A stretch of 54,149 bases of DNA, from NCBI GenBank assembly GCA_003344405.1, contig NOWV01000309.1:1-54149 (forward strand), given 5' to 3'. A program made the translations under genes and the position numbers. Source of the DNA: Trichoplax sp. H2 (lineage: Eukaryota). Below the pieces are notes generated by a model, which worked only from the letters and a program-made list of their open reading frames with translations, was not told the DNA's origin and made no database searches. Below are positions 12,841 through 27,700 of this stretch, in pieces (position 1 is the stretch's first letter; each line of letters starts with the position of its first letter).

Positions 12841-15042
12841 AGTTCGTTACGTTTGTTTGACATTCTATCCTACAAACATTTATTTATACTTGTTATAGTT
12901 AAGATGTCTTTACAACAACAGTATTCTTGTCTATCTACCGGCTCATTAGAGCCTCAAGTTTACATAAACGTTCATGTTGGGTTCCATTATGTTAATTCAC
13001 GTCACAAACTTTACATGCTTTGTACCATAACTTTGATAGCGGACAACGTTTCATAATCTGCAATAATCAGGGTCAAGCAAAGTTATAGCTATTAATTTGG
13101 ATTGAATTTGGTATATTGCCTAATTCAATCAGTTACAGAGTCTTCCAATAAATGGAAACTTTTTATCTGTTTTGCTGAGAATCTCGTGCATGGAAGTCAG
13201 TTCTGGTTCTTCGAAACAGCGGTTTCATTTGAGATATTATATTGTAACAGCCCTTAGTATGAAGAGAGATTTATATAAACATGGTGTGTATACAGATCTT
13301 TCGGTTCCTATTACGAGTTTTACTGTAGCTGAATGTTCAAATATTGTACCACTATGTACTGAAGATCAACCAAGTGCTGTATAAAGACTCACTAAAGCAT
13401 CTGTATATAGGACAGCTATGATATTACATTTATAAGCTATTACTGTATTACGTAAGTTCAGCAATCTACATTCTGCATCATACATTGGGCGCGGTAATGT
13501 TACAACTGAAGTGTATAATTCTACAATCGTTGACATAGTTTCACCAGTTGCAATTATTAGTAGACTAAATCGATACAGCTACAACAATTAACAATTAATT
13601 TAAGGGACGGGCATGATCAGATGAATACTGTTTAAATACTTACTGCAGTTTATTTCTGTATTTTTGATTTAAATACTTGTTGTAGATGGGGTGTTAAGCA
13701 TAAATTGGGTTTGCTTTCTTATCATTAATTTTATAGTAAGAGTATTGTAATAGTTTTAAAATTACTCATGATTGTTTTACAGCGCACTCCATTCTGCAGC
13801 TGATATAGGTAGGTTTTACTTGTTAGTTAGATTAGTTTCAGCATCGGCTTCAGATAACTTGTACTGTACGTATATTTATAAGAAGCAGCCGATTTCTGCT
13901 AAAATTTTGTTCGAGTAGTACATTTGAAATACATCTTTGCATTCACTTATAATTATGAACAGTTGTTCTGTCTCTACAGTAAACAGTTATTTAAGTAATA
14001 GCTAAGCATACGCGAGAAATATCCGGTCAAAATTTTAGTCTTTTCTGTAATACAGTATATTCAATATCAGGTTCAGGAATGTAATACGAGAGATGAAACT
14101 TTATTAGTTTATTGGAAAACAGCGCCATGAAGAATGAGCCACGTACGACAGACATAGCATGTTAAGAGATTACGATAGCGTGGCATTCTTGATTGCTTAT
14201 GTTGCTATCTGTAAATACTTTTTAAGAGATATGATATAAGGAGATGTATGTACTAACAACACAAGTTACATGAATATGATGTATAATATAACTATGTAGA
14301 TCATTCTGTCCCACGAAGAAATCCTAACCCACCCGCTTATAAATATTAGTTCGCCTTTATGCCTGCTAAGGACTAGTTCATAGGTGCAGTCCTCACCCAC
14401 TATTGAGTGCGATTAGCGACTGAAATATCGCATAGTTATAATTGATGTAAAGTAAACAAGTACAAGAACATACGTGAAGCAGAAAGAGCGTGGATTCTAC
14501 TAATAGTACGTGCATATAATGACCAGTCCCGTATTACTATACGTGTGTTGATGAATTCCTGCTGATTGCTGGTTGATGTTGTACTGTACAGTGTACAGTC
14601 ACCAAGTACTGTTCAAGATTATATTTTGCACGGCAAAGTGTGCTGGGCAAGCTACTTAATAATATTTAACATGCTCAAATAAAGTATCATACTGCACCGC
14701 CGTAGAATTATACTGCAGTAGCTTTGATAGGTATTTACATATTGCAGGTAAAGCATGTCTAAAGAAAGTACAAATACTTACTATACTGTACAAAAGCGTA
14801 CCTCTGTTAGGAGCTTTGACTGCAACAGTTCACTGTTAATCCATCGTCAGTTTATGTAAAAGATAAGGCATAAGAAATTATAGATTTATTAAGCGGAATG
14901 AAATTATTTTGACGTTATGGTGTATGATTGCATATATTTTAAAGGCTTTAAGCAACAATTAATGCTACTGCTATAAATATCCTCTTGGTATAGTGTCTCA
15001 ATCGCAATTGTTACAACGTACAGGGTCATTTACGTACCATAA

Positions 15043-15240
15043 TACTGTACGACCGTTACCTGGTGCAAAGTTATTGCTGTATCGCGAGTACTGTACAGTA
15101 CTGTATACTGTACTTGTCTGAGGTATGTACTGTACTCTACAAGTGCAAATCGTATTGTGAGTGCTTGCGGGTATTGTACTGTACTGTACTGTACAATGTA
15201 CTGTACAGGACTGTACTTTGAAGGTACAGGTTTACAGTAT
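15043..15240. repeat. Orphan TACTG/CAGTA palindromic repeat cluster
   Basis: GAGTACTGTACAGTACTGTATACTGTAC and TGTACTGTACTGTACTGTACAATGTACTGTACAG; same motif as the four gene-proximal clusters, but between two gene 3' ends. Confidence 0.75.
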
Positions 15241-15718
15241 CGTTGCAGTAATCGCCATATTACAGTAGCTAGACATGATAGTATTTTAATTAATTTTATT
15301 ACCAATACAAAGATTTATACATTACTGTATCGATCACTCATATTTTAATAAATATAATCCTTTTGATATTTTCTTCGACGACGGATAAAATGTGGGGATA
15401 TAACAGCAATCGATTATAATTACGGATAGACTTCTAGTAACTACTAGCTATAGGATATAAGCAATAAAGCAGATATTTTAGTCTTGTGTTAGGCAAGTCA
15501 TGACTAAGAGAGTATTAAACACTAACAAGTGGTATTAATAATTCTAATTTAAACGAATAATATCTACTGTAAACTAGGCCACCCCAGCTACACTCTAGCA
15601 TTAGCATGCAAATATGTTATAAAATTTTCTAGCTTTTAATACAGATGGTTTAAATATATCTATTTCAATAAAGATGCATCGCTATCGCAGATCCCATTTC
15701 GTATTAAGGGAGAATAAG

Positions 15719-18700
15719 TTAATTATTAACGGCACTTTGAGTTTCATCAATCATTATTCGTAATTTCGTAATTTTGGCTTTCAGGAGCTGAAAGCAAAGA
15801 TAGCGTAAGCATTTAATTATTATAATAATATAATTATTAGAGTTTTATAAGAGAGTTATAAATAACTTGCAGTGAATTATCTATTACAATAAATTAACCA
15901 GAACTTAGGCTGTACATTTTAAGAATTTTGCCTAGTCATAGCATCAAAGCTGCATTTGCAGACCTTATATTCATGGTACTGTTGTGCCAGCGGGACTCGA
16001 TCAAGCTTTGTCACTTTTCTGTAACGAAATAAGAGGCATGGATAGTAGCCATGCGGGAATATCACTAGGTAAGAAGAGTCTATGCCGTTTGTCATGTTGA
16101 TACCGGTAAATCAATGTCAACTTACCTTCCGTTCTTGTCCGAGAAGCAATTTTCAAAATGTTTAAGTTCTTTCTGCAATAACTTCTTTTTCAATTTGCAA
16201 GCTCTTAGTTCTACTTGTGCTTCTGAACTGTATAAATTATCATCAATGCTTAGTGCAGCTAAAATTTCTTATATTTCAAACATAACTACGATATTTATCA
16301 GTTTGCTCTGAAATGGGCATGTACGTATAAGAGTGATTGTATTTCCGCAGGGACATACTTAACTCAGTTAGCGTTGCTATTACTTACAGGCAAATGCTGC
16401 TAACATGAAAATTAGTTCTTTCATGACCGCTTGTTGATGAGATTGTAGCATCCATTAAGCCATCGGCGGGACACTCAGATCTCTAAACAGCAGTACCGTT
16501 ACAGGGTTTAAGTATTCGAGCTACTCGAGAAATTATTATTATGCAACTTGGTTTTAATAATGTTAAAGTATCGCATACTTAAAATTCGTAAATGAGTTTA
16601 CCTTATTCGTAGAGGAATTGGTGTTACCTGATAAAAATAACATAATTGATTGACCGCTTACATGAATCTACTTACATCTTTAGGGTATACTGAATGTAAA
16701 TTACGAAAATTGATGATGAAGTACCTCGATTGTGTCTTCTAGCTCACGAGCAGGTTAAAGATAGGTAATTTTTTACCCGATAATGTAGTAAAATATTAGA
16801 TAATCAGAATATATATTATGATAAAAGATATTTATAATCGGAATAAGAATAGATCATCCTTGATAAACGTACGTTAAATGGTCAATCTTATCACCGTATA
16901 CCGGGACCTACGATAACATAATATTAGTTTCGTTATACTGTGCACATAATTTTTTCGATGTTAACAAACAATATACGTGACGGGTGCTACCATGAAATCT
17001 ATGTAACTGTATTGCATTAGGATAACGGTGATACTAGATTACTGGAAAGAATAAATACTGCTTCAGCTTTCTATACATGTTTATATAGATTGATGTATCA
17101 ATTTTAGTTATTTATGGCGCTTCCAGTCCTTTAAGTCACTACCTATAATCATTTACAACCTAAAATGTTACGGTATGTATTATATTTAGTTCTACAGTCT
17201 TACTGTCTACATGTGTTCCATTTCAAAAGTATAAATACCGTTAATTTCTGCTTCACTGTTAATTGTTTTACAATTAGTTGGCTAGGGGTACACGCATTGC
17301 AGTGCATAATGAAGTACCTATTTTCTTACTAAAGTGCATAGCGTTGATTTCTGATGGTTATTAGATCTACGTTACAATCCGTCGAAACTTCATAGTGGAA
17401 AACTGTCACTATCTCTAAGTTAATTTTCGATGTGTACTTTTGAAACATAACGTTATGAAAGGCTATATATAAACTGGCAATAACCTTATTTGTGAGCAAT
17501 TTCTTCAATTTTCTGTATCTGTCATATATGGGCTTGGCAATTTCCTTATCTTCGGCAGAAAACTGCCTCGCGTATCATAAAATAAAGACTGTCATTCTTC
17601 TGATTATTTAAATCGATTAAGATAGCAACATGTCCTAAATATACAGCTACTGTTGAAGGTAACTTCACTACTCTAGTAGCCTCTCAAATGTAACGCTATA
17701 GAGTCTACCGGTTTTCCAAAGTGTGTTTCATATTTTAAGAGTATCTTTTGTAGTTGCAACTTCTCGTCTCGAATTTGCTTAGTGGACATTAACTGCAAAT
17801 AGAAAATTATTACATGAATCAGTAGTTATAGTGGACGGCATTAAGATAGTTGCTTTCACAACCATTACATGTGAACTGTGTTATTTCTGTCAGCAAAGCG
17901 ATAGGACGTTAAACTAGTTAGCATACAACGTTAACAAATTCATGATCTACGAGAATGGCAAAATTGTATACCCAAAGACAACTCAAGTTCCTTCTACTTC
18001 TAATTCACTCTCTAACTCTTACAGTACCCATGTGATAAAAATTCAAGGCTGGGAGTGCTCATGCTATTAGTTAAAAGTGGATTAATATCATATTGGGGTA
18101 TTATTCCGAAGGGGTGTTGGTAAGTTTGGCTGATAATTGTAAACATGCAGCTGTAAGGCAACCCGTTTCGACATTGTTTACACACTAGAGACCCTAAAGT
18201 CTCAAGTGTACACATTCCATTCTAATAATTAACATTTAAAAATTTTACATCTTAGGTCAGCATTGTATCACTCCGGTACCCTCATATTTGGGGGTAGTTT
18301 CCTATTGCTAACAATTGGGCTTGTCATAGTATAATTAGTCCTCATAGTGAAGAGCAATAATTGTCAAGTTGACTATTCTTTGAATACTGCAACAACTTCG
18401 AACTTAAGAATGATACAGCCAGAGTTCTTTAATAGCTTGCATAATTTAAATTACTATTGCAAAGAGTCCAGAAACAGAGCACTTACATCTAAATCCGCTG
18501 GTCTGCCAGCTTCCTGCCTTTTTATTATAAGCAAATCCAGCATGTGTTCAACAAAGTTTCTTTTGCGTTGAGGATCTAAAATTCACAACGACAAAAATGC
18601 ATTACAATTCCTAATCATCTTATTGACATAACGTCGCCAAATTCGAGTAAGACATAAAAATACCGAATGAAGACTAGAAAGGAATTCCAGGTGAAGTCAT

Positions 18701-21700
18701 ATAAAATACAATCTAAGGAAATGTTAGCCAATTCTATTACCAGACATTTTTGAAATTGCATTTCGGTAATTGCTTTGTACGAATACAATTTCATTGCAGT
18801 AGTTAAGCATGAATCTAACTAGCAGCTGCATGTTGAATACACGTCTTATATATGAATACGTGATACCTTGTTAGGCTACTGTACTGTATATAAACAAGGT
18901 AGCACCACATTTTAATACTGTAAAACATAAATATATACATATACACCCAATTAATTATATCATAAATAGTACACATGAGTTACGTATACAGGTTTTAATA
19001 ACGTTACTCAATACAGTGGCCAATCATCAATAACTATTAAGCCTTATATTTGATATCCTATTACTACGATAAGTTTCAGCGATTGTTTGATATTACTTAC
19101 ATATTGCTAGTACAGCATAATATGTAGCAATTTATGGTTAGCAAGGTCGAAAAAGCAGGAAAATATCTAGTAATGATTAATAGATAGTACTGTGCATGTC
19201 CTATTTCTACGGTACACGTATGTTCTTGTATTCTGTGATTGCGTTAAGTTGTATTAGTATAGACACAACTGCATATATTCATTTGCAATCTAGGTTCTGC
19301 ATTACAATGTTGATATAACAAAGCATACTAATTTGTCTTCTCTACTACATTTCTAGGATTGTGTAATATGTGCAAATTATATATTTAATGCACAGCTGGA
19401 TGTGTGGATTCGGCTCGTATATGATAAAATTTATAAGGCACATAAAGTATACAAAAATGCTGCTATTTTTAGATTAATAAAAAATACTCCAGTATAGGAA
19501 GATCAAGGCTGCGAATGACCTACGAATATGTCAGTTGTGTTTCGAGAATTGATAACGCGTTCTATTTTAGTCAATTATAGACCATGATAGTAGGACAAAA
19601 TTTAGCATTCGAAAACTAGTATACGTGAAAGAGCAATTACATGACCATTGGTAGCTTATACGTAGAGGGTGAGTTTGTAGTAAGTGCAATATAGATACAA
19701 TACGCTCATAACACTGCTCACAAATTGAAACGCTAAAGTAAAGAAGATTCCTTAATTAAACCTTGATAAAATCAATCGAGCAAAATTTTTAGGTAGTTCT
19801 GACTGGTAGTAGTTGTACAAAAAGGATTGTACTGCAACTGCATTGAGGAATTCATATAAGAATATTAAGATATTTATGAACGAATAACGTTCTTTATAAT
19901 GATCGTTGCATGTACACTATGCAAGATACTCCTGCGTAAGAACTATGACCAGCTACTAGTATAATAAACGATAAGTCTGTAATGCCCAATAGTAACGCGC
20001 AACAACAATCACATTTTACAGTCTTAATATCAATTTCTATACTGAACAAAGTTCGTTCCCGTTTACACTCATCTAAAATAAGAGTGTCACTTTACCTTTT
20101 AGTGCTTCCTTAATTAATTTCAATTCGAGTAGATGACTTCCCGAATTCTAATAGGACACAAAAGATTTTATAATGAAATCTAAGTTTAAGGGATTATAAG
20201 CACATAATATATTGTACTTTCACTGTTTAATGTTATAACTTCAGAGAGGAGGCTCTTAAACGTACATTAAGATTTTTAATGAAGATTGCAGTAAGTTAAT
20301 TATATATGTAGCTATCATTTTAATCAAAGTAAAGTCTCCCCATTGTTTAAAAAAATACCTAGACATTTCCAGTAGTTTATGCATAATTACAACGTCATTA
20401 CAATAAAAAATCGTGAAAGCAAAATCTCACCTGAGGCACACCCGCATCCTCATTGTCTTTAGTCACTTGATTGTTAATTCGCTCTAAGGCTTAGGTTATC
20501 AATAATATATAGCCACCTTTCATCGTACTGTTTCTAACATCCGCCAAATCGAAAATTTAATTTTCACCTACCTTTTAATCGTGCTATCATACATTCCACG
20601 TTCATGGCATTAACTTTGTCATACATACATCTTTAAGGACAAAAAGGGTTGATATGTTTATTACATACAGTATTAGAGATCTATATAATATAAGCGGCAC
20701 TCGAATCGTTGAAAAGAATCGTAGATCCTGAAGTTTACTTTACTTTGCTTAAAATCATTTGGCGAAGATCTAATGAATATACCTACTTTGACCCTGAAGT
20801 GACTTTAGTAAATAAAATTGGGGTTACATGAGTAAGTAAGTACATTGCTTTTGGTAAACATTACAATCTGTTAGTATAAAGAATACCAAAAGGCTATAAA
20901 TATTGATTAAATAGAGTTGACTTATGAATGTCGCATATTAATTATCATATTTTGGAGTTCGTGATGCGCATACACCCATATATCAGCTGAATTATCGTTA
21001 GCTTCATGTTAGCTAGCTATTTAATAATGATACTATTGATACACTACGCACATGAGCGTAATTATGAATAAATAAGATAATTCATAGAAATATTAACTAC
21101 GTGTTTACTATTCTAAACTTGAATTTGCTGGTATTAGCTAACCTAAACTTGTTTTGACAATAATATAATCGCAGCTTTAACAGTACAATAAATATGTGAC
21201 CGATTATAATTAGCAGCCATATTCACATAAGTTTCGAATAGTAAATAACAAGTATTTATTTTATCACGATAGAAGTACAAACTCTAATGGTTAATGATAA
21301 TACAAGATTTTATCATTCATCCTGCAGTGCGTTTATTTTCTTTCGCTAAACTATTCAGAAGCGCAACAGCCAACAAGTCGAAAGTGCGAAAGGCGTTTAG
21401 TAATGGATTCAAATCATGAATTGGGAAGTGTGTGTGCACAGCTCGAATAGTAAATGATGCCGCTATCAAGTATAAGAGGAGCGGCTAACAAACTGTGTTA
21501 TGTAACCATTCATTATATAAATGTATATTCAAGTTTGCAGTTACTACTATGTAAAACTCACTATCGATATATGTTGACTACAGTAACTATACGCGTACAC
21601 TAAGTACCGAAGTATAGCAATTTAGACTGTCCGCCTGAAATTAAAAATTTTATGGCATCGGTTTCTTTATATCATTTTTTATAGAAGTAATCCCATACCT

Positions 21701-24700
21701 ATTTTCGACCGCAGCGATTATTATATTTTCACTTAGTGAATCTTGCTGACCGGTAGAGGTATCTGGATAAAGATTGTCATTAAAGACGTTGTTATTGCGG
21801 TGAAACATACAATTATTTCTTCGGCACTTCTGCAGTATACCGTAGGATAATCCTAATTTGCCAGCATCTTTTGAGGGAGTGTTTAGACTTTCGTTGATCT
21901 ATGTAAGTATTTATAACAGCATGTTACACATAAGTACGAGTATATGTATGTTCTGCAACGGTCACAAATAGATCACTCTAATAATGCTGTATATATAGCG
22001 CGAATTCCTTAGGATATTAGGATACTGTACTTCATAAATGAAGAACTGGCGTGTTAATAAAAAAATATAATTGTTCGTATGTCAGATTTAAATAGTAAAA
22101 GATATTTTAACTAATAGAATCGTGTTATTATACAGAGCTACATATAGTAGTACAACATTATTAGGGCTTTGATCATACGATATTAGTTAACGGACTATAA
22201 TCGTACATTCTAATTCAATTGTTAATATTCGTATAAGCTAGCTATAGGAAAGGCATCAAGCTGTTGATATGACCTCTTTGTTCTTCAACGTTTCAGCCCT
22301 TATGATTTGAGAGATATCACATCCATCATCTTCATTAGATATGTGGCTATCTTGTTTCTGCATTTGAAGTAGATGTCGATTGTCAAATTCGATTTATTTT
22401 CTGTAGACGTACTAAGAAGAAATCGTTGTAACGCGTTCAGGAGCATATACAACGATAAGCTTACCAATCGTTTACTGTACTTGCGTAAAATAGAATCCCA
22501 GTGCACACCCGTTTATGAAAAGAGTAGAAAATTATCCACTGAGCGTTACAAGGGATAGAATTTTACTTTCAAACCTTGTAAAATTTGGTAATCGCCGCTT
22601 TTGATGGTGAGTAGCTCTTCCCAATGTCAGCTATGTAAAATATAGTAGATGCACCTTATTTAGTTACTGGCCCTAGCACACAATTACCTTGACGATAGTT
22701 AGTATGGATATTTAAGACATCATAATAAGGAATAAAACCGATGTTAATGGATATGGAATTGCTTGGTGGATTTGTACAAACATATGACCAATTAAAGCAG
22801 TCTTGGCTACAGATTGAGGCGCCGGCATATTGATGCTCTCCATCCGGCTATCGGCTTTGGTTGTACAACTTAATCTTATAATGCTGTTTTGTTTCTTAAT
22901 TTTAATAATTAGATAAAATAATACATTTTCAGTGGAATATTAAACACAGGAATAATCCGTTGTTCAAGAGTTTGTCATACAATGATCATGCAAATCTCAA
23001 ATTAAATTTAATAGAAGATTAACTTTTAAGTTGCTCACAGTTGCTTCATTTGGCCTGTCTAGATATTTCGGAACATGAGACGAATTTAAACTATCTTGGT
23101 TTCTATTAAATCGGATCATAATAGTCAATCTCAAGTATTTACTAAAATGGTAGCATAAACAATGAGCATTGCTAGTAAGACCTTTTAAAACTTACTGTAA
23201 ATTGTTAGTTCTCATGTCTGAACGTTCTAACTTGCTGTCATCTTGAATATTTCAAAAATAACAGTAAAATTTTTAGGAAAGAAGTTTCCGTAATCGTTCT
23301 ATCCAATGATTTCTTAATATTTCATGTTAATTGACTGATAGAACACGTTTCTTTCTCTAAGCTCGGGCTTACCTTTAATGTTTACCTAGAAATTCGTAAT
23401 TTGATTTTTAAGTAGTAAAAGGGAATAAAACATAAAAATCTTACCGATGATCATCAAGATTGTAAAGTCCTATGTAACTAACCGTTTCTAACGCTGGTTG
23501 CGCATATAAATATGTATCAATGCATTCGCGAATTGCCATTTCAAGGTCGTTTCTTATACGAATACCTACAACTAAGGAGGAACTACTACAATTGGAATGT
23601 CCGCTAGAAACGGAAATAAGGTAAAGTTAGACATTTATTGCAACTCATATTGATACGTTTTTTACAGTTAGCTATGTTGTGATCTTAGTAACTTAGGTAA
23701 AAGCAATCTAATAGAAAGGTACGCTGCTATAAAAGATGCTTTACGATATTTTCTTCATGCTAATGTGATTGTAATCAAACGCAGCGGCTGTGCTAGATAT
23801 TGAATAAGAAATCTGCGTGAACTTTTACCAGTAACTACATAAAAGCGGCTTACTTAAAAAATTGAAATTTTAATGGATACTAAGTATGGGCCCCTTGTAA
23901 TGTAAACAGTTAGCGGATAAATCTACCCGCTAAGCAAGGGCTATTGCCGATCATCTTATGTGTAAGTCTGATAGAAATCAGAGTGTTTTCGGCTTACAGT
24001 GCGTAAAGCAGTTGAAATAATACAATATGCTTAAATCTTTAGTGAGGCTTGGGTGAAGCATTTGAGATTATTGTCGATAATCGTTTATTGGAATATTATA
24101 TGGCAATGTAATAGTGCTCATCTATTAATTGGTGAAGTGGGTGTGGCTGCTACTGTACGAGCAGGTTTTTTGTGAGTATGAAGATCTACGGATATTAGAT
24201 TTATAACTTCTACTTTGAGACACATTTGAAATACATAGCTACACTGTAATAACATTCTAAGACATATCGATTTCGGAATACCTTTCACTCAGTGATAGAA
24301 AAGATGTAAAGCCATCCGAAACGTAGGACCTATTATCAAAACCTTTAATTAGTATTAGGATCGAAACTTCGCTTAGCTTGTCCTTGAAGATTACGTAAAC
24401 AGATACGCTTAGTAGTAAATAATGAAATTATAGCTGTGCAAAATATTCTGTAGGGGTTAACGTATCTTAAATAGATTATGATTACGATATCGAGCAGTTG
24501 CAAAAACTGAACATCTAATTAGTGACAAAAAAGTAGGCATAACTTATCAATGATGATTTCGAATTAAAAATGAGAAATGAAATAGCTTAACACATCACAA
24601 ACTTGATCATCTCTTTCGTGAATTAGCAAATAACTAGTAGACTCTGCACCCCTATTACATATATATTATAACCTTTCATATGCAATAATTTCAGATATTT

Positions 24701-27700
24701 CTGTTTCACCTGATTTCTTTGTTGGTTATTAAGTTCGTACTTAGTTTTATCGCTGCGCTTTTCTTCATTTCGAATTCTTTGACTGAAATAATAAAATGAT
24801 TGGTTCTAAGCCAACAGTTTATAAGCAGGTATAAGTATCAAGCTTTCTTCATATTGTTAAGTCTACCAATGCTACCAGAAGATTCTTTCAACATATCTGG
24901 AGTGTACCTCTGGAGAAATTATCATATTTTACTTTAGGATTGGATTTAAAAACGAGACATAAAATATAACATGATACGAGTATAGCTCATCCAAACCGAT
25001 GGATCTTCTTCATTCGATTTCAATAGCTGAACGGATACATTCCTGTCAATTACATTAAATTTAAATAGTTTATAAGCACACGATAAAGATATAAAGGATG
25101 CAAGCTCTATCGAATGCTGAAGAAAGATGCATTTTGTACTTCTTTTTTAAATTAGCTTCTTGAACGCGAATGCGTCTTACGTCATAAGGTGAGATTTCAT
25201 CTTCAGCCTAGCAATAAAACCTTTCATTAATACGCTTTGATGTATGGACATTAAGTCATGGTCTTATTTACGATAGTCAATAATGTCGTATTATAGGATT
25301 TAATAAGAAAAGGCAAACTTTCCTATATATTTAATATCTTAGGGATTAGATAAACCATGTAAATATTAAATTATTTGCTACTAATTAGTTGTTAAACCTT
25401 CAATTACTTCAATAATATATTGGTAAATTTTTTAACTGGAATGTCATACAAAGTTTACCATACCATGAAATGCTTTGATCTGCTATTTTAAAGGAAGCTG
25501 TTTGTTTAGATGTAGTCCAGAGTGAATAACATAGCATACAGCCATACAACTAAGTTTTACTATGATTCAGTCGATAGTGACCATACCGTATTAAATGTTG
25601 CGAAAAGCCGATAACATACATTCCAAGCATCTCATCAAATCGAAATTACAGTTAGGCAGTTATTTGAATACCTTAAAAATGTAATCGTAATCTTGAATAA
25701 AACGAAGAACAAGGCCATTAAGTTTCTCTTGTTCAATAAATCCAGTTGGAGTAGTCGGCGATCTAACAATTTTAGGCGCAATTAGTTACGGTTAGCTATA
25801 AGATTAGATTAAATACCTTTTACTACAGTTGTCTAATTATGTTCATCCTGTATAACATAGCGTGGTATGACAAAGTGTAACCTTACTGATAACGATAACT
25901 ACTCTTAATTCTTAAGTTGGTAATGTGGCAAGATTTGGTTTTAATGCGGTAAGATCACATTATTAACCTGTAATTTCCATTAAGGAATGCACAGATAACT
26001 TACATGACGTTAATTAATTATTAACATAGCAGCATACGCATATTTGTTCTTTAAATCTATATTAGACGACAAAATCCTGGCATAGTTTATCATAAGTTGT
26101 GTATACAGTATGTATTGTGCTTGTGAGAGATTTCGTACTTGGGATATAGGATGAAACTGTTTTATCCTTTAAGCTGCTTAAGGTTTGGATGTAAGGATGA
26201 TAAATTAGTAACCGCATTTATGCCTGTAATATTTAGTATGAAACTATAGATTCCTTGGTAAATTTTTACGAAGCAAATTGTGAATATTTCACATCGGAAA
26301 AAGGTGCTCATTATAAGACTCTAAAATATACATGAATGTGCAGTATAGCGTTTGTGATATCTTGTAGTTAATTAATGTTACAGTATAAGGAATTTTGATA
26401 CCGTTAATATATATGAATAAAATACGGACATTATCTACAGAGACATTTTTACTTAAAGAGAATCTTAAAATAACAAAATATTGCTGTAGAAAGCTATCGG
26501 GTTAATAACATAGTTCGATTTAAAATTTTGATGTTTAACAGTACATGGACACCAATACTGTAGTGAGTAACGTTATTAAAATCTATATACGAGTACTGTC
26601 TGTAATTCACATTACAGCACTGCTGTAGTTAGCCGGGAGTTGGATAAGACTTTTATCTTCAACTAGATCAATAAAGTTGTGTGCAATACGTATAACAAAT
26701 ACGTTATATGTTACAATACAGTATTCCTTTGCTTGTCAATACAAGGCAACATAATTGCATCCTATAAAATATACCCGTATACCTGAAAAAGTTAGGTCCG
26801 AAGATTACAGATAAGGCTAAGGAAGTCATTCTGTTCTTGTCTATAATATACCAACAGAGTAAAAAATATAAAGTTACAGAAATAGTGTTTCTTTGTCGTA
26901 TCAAGTACACTCTTAGATCGTAACTACAACGGTAATAATGCTAATTTGAAAATGGTGTGTTAACGAACCTTCGTTTAAAGAAACATCAACCAGGAATTTA
27001 CACAAATATTTTAATAAGTTATAATTGGGCTTTGGTAAACTTTCCACTAACGACCTACACAAATTGATAATAGCAGCATTTATAATACGTATATGTTTTT
27101 AAATATCGTAAGAAGCTGAAAGCTGACTTAAAATGCCTTTTCGTATCACAGTTTAAAATGAATGTGTAATATTGTACTGTGCAAAATTGCAATGAATACA
27201 ATACCAATAAGTTATTAATAATAATATACAAGGATATAGTAATATACAGTACATCGAATATGCAGATAATATAGTGTCGCTGTAAAAGATACTCATCGGT
27301 AAACATTAAAATTATTAAGATTGAATTTTAGCGATACCTCAATCTTGTTCTCCAAAGATCTTTATCCATTACACCTTCTGTTACCGAATGTATGACCGAA
27401 GCCCATATCCGTTAATATTTTTATTGTAAAAGAGATTGATTTCAAAGCAATTTTTTATAACAATTTAGTACTATTTATTGTTGTTATACAATTTGTCAGC
27501 TTCACTAGGGAATATATATATAGATCGTAATACATATATGCTGCACATAAATGCATGAATAGGATTAAACACTATATATGTACTTATATAATAACTGTAT
27601 AGTAGTGCTTGTAATACTGTAAGTGATAACGTGGTAAAAGGCGGACTGATAATTTACTAATTGTAGTGCGAAGTATAAATTGTAATCGTATCGAGGTGTA

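Noticed and set aside
14323..14330. CCTAACCC as a possible telomerase RNA template near small hairpins
   Set aside because: An 8-nt match is expected by chance; I could not identify a pseudoknot, CR4/5 or H/ACA domain.
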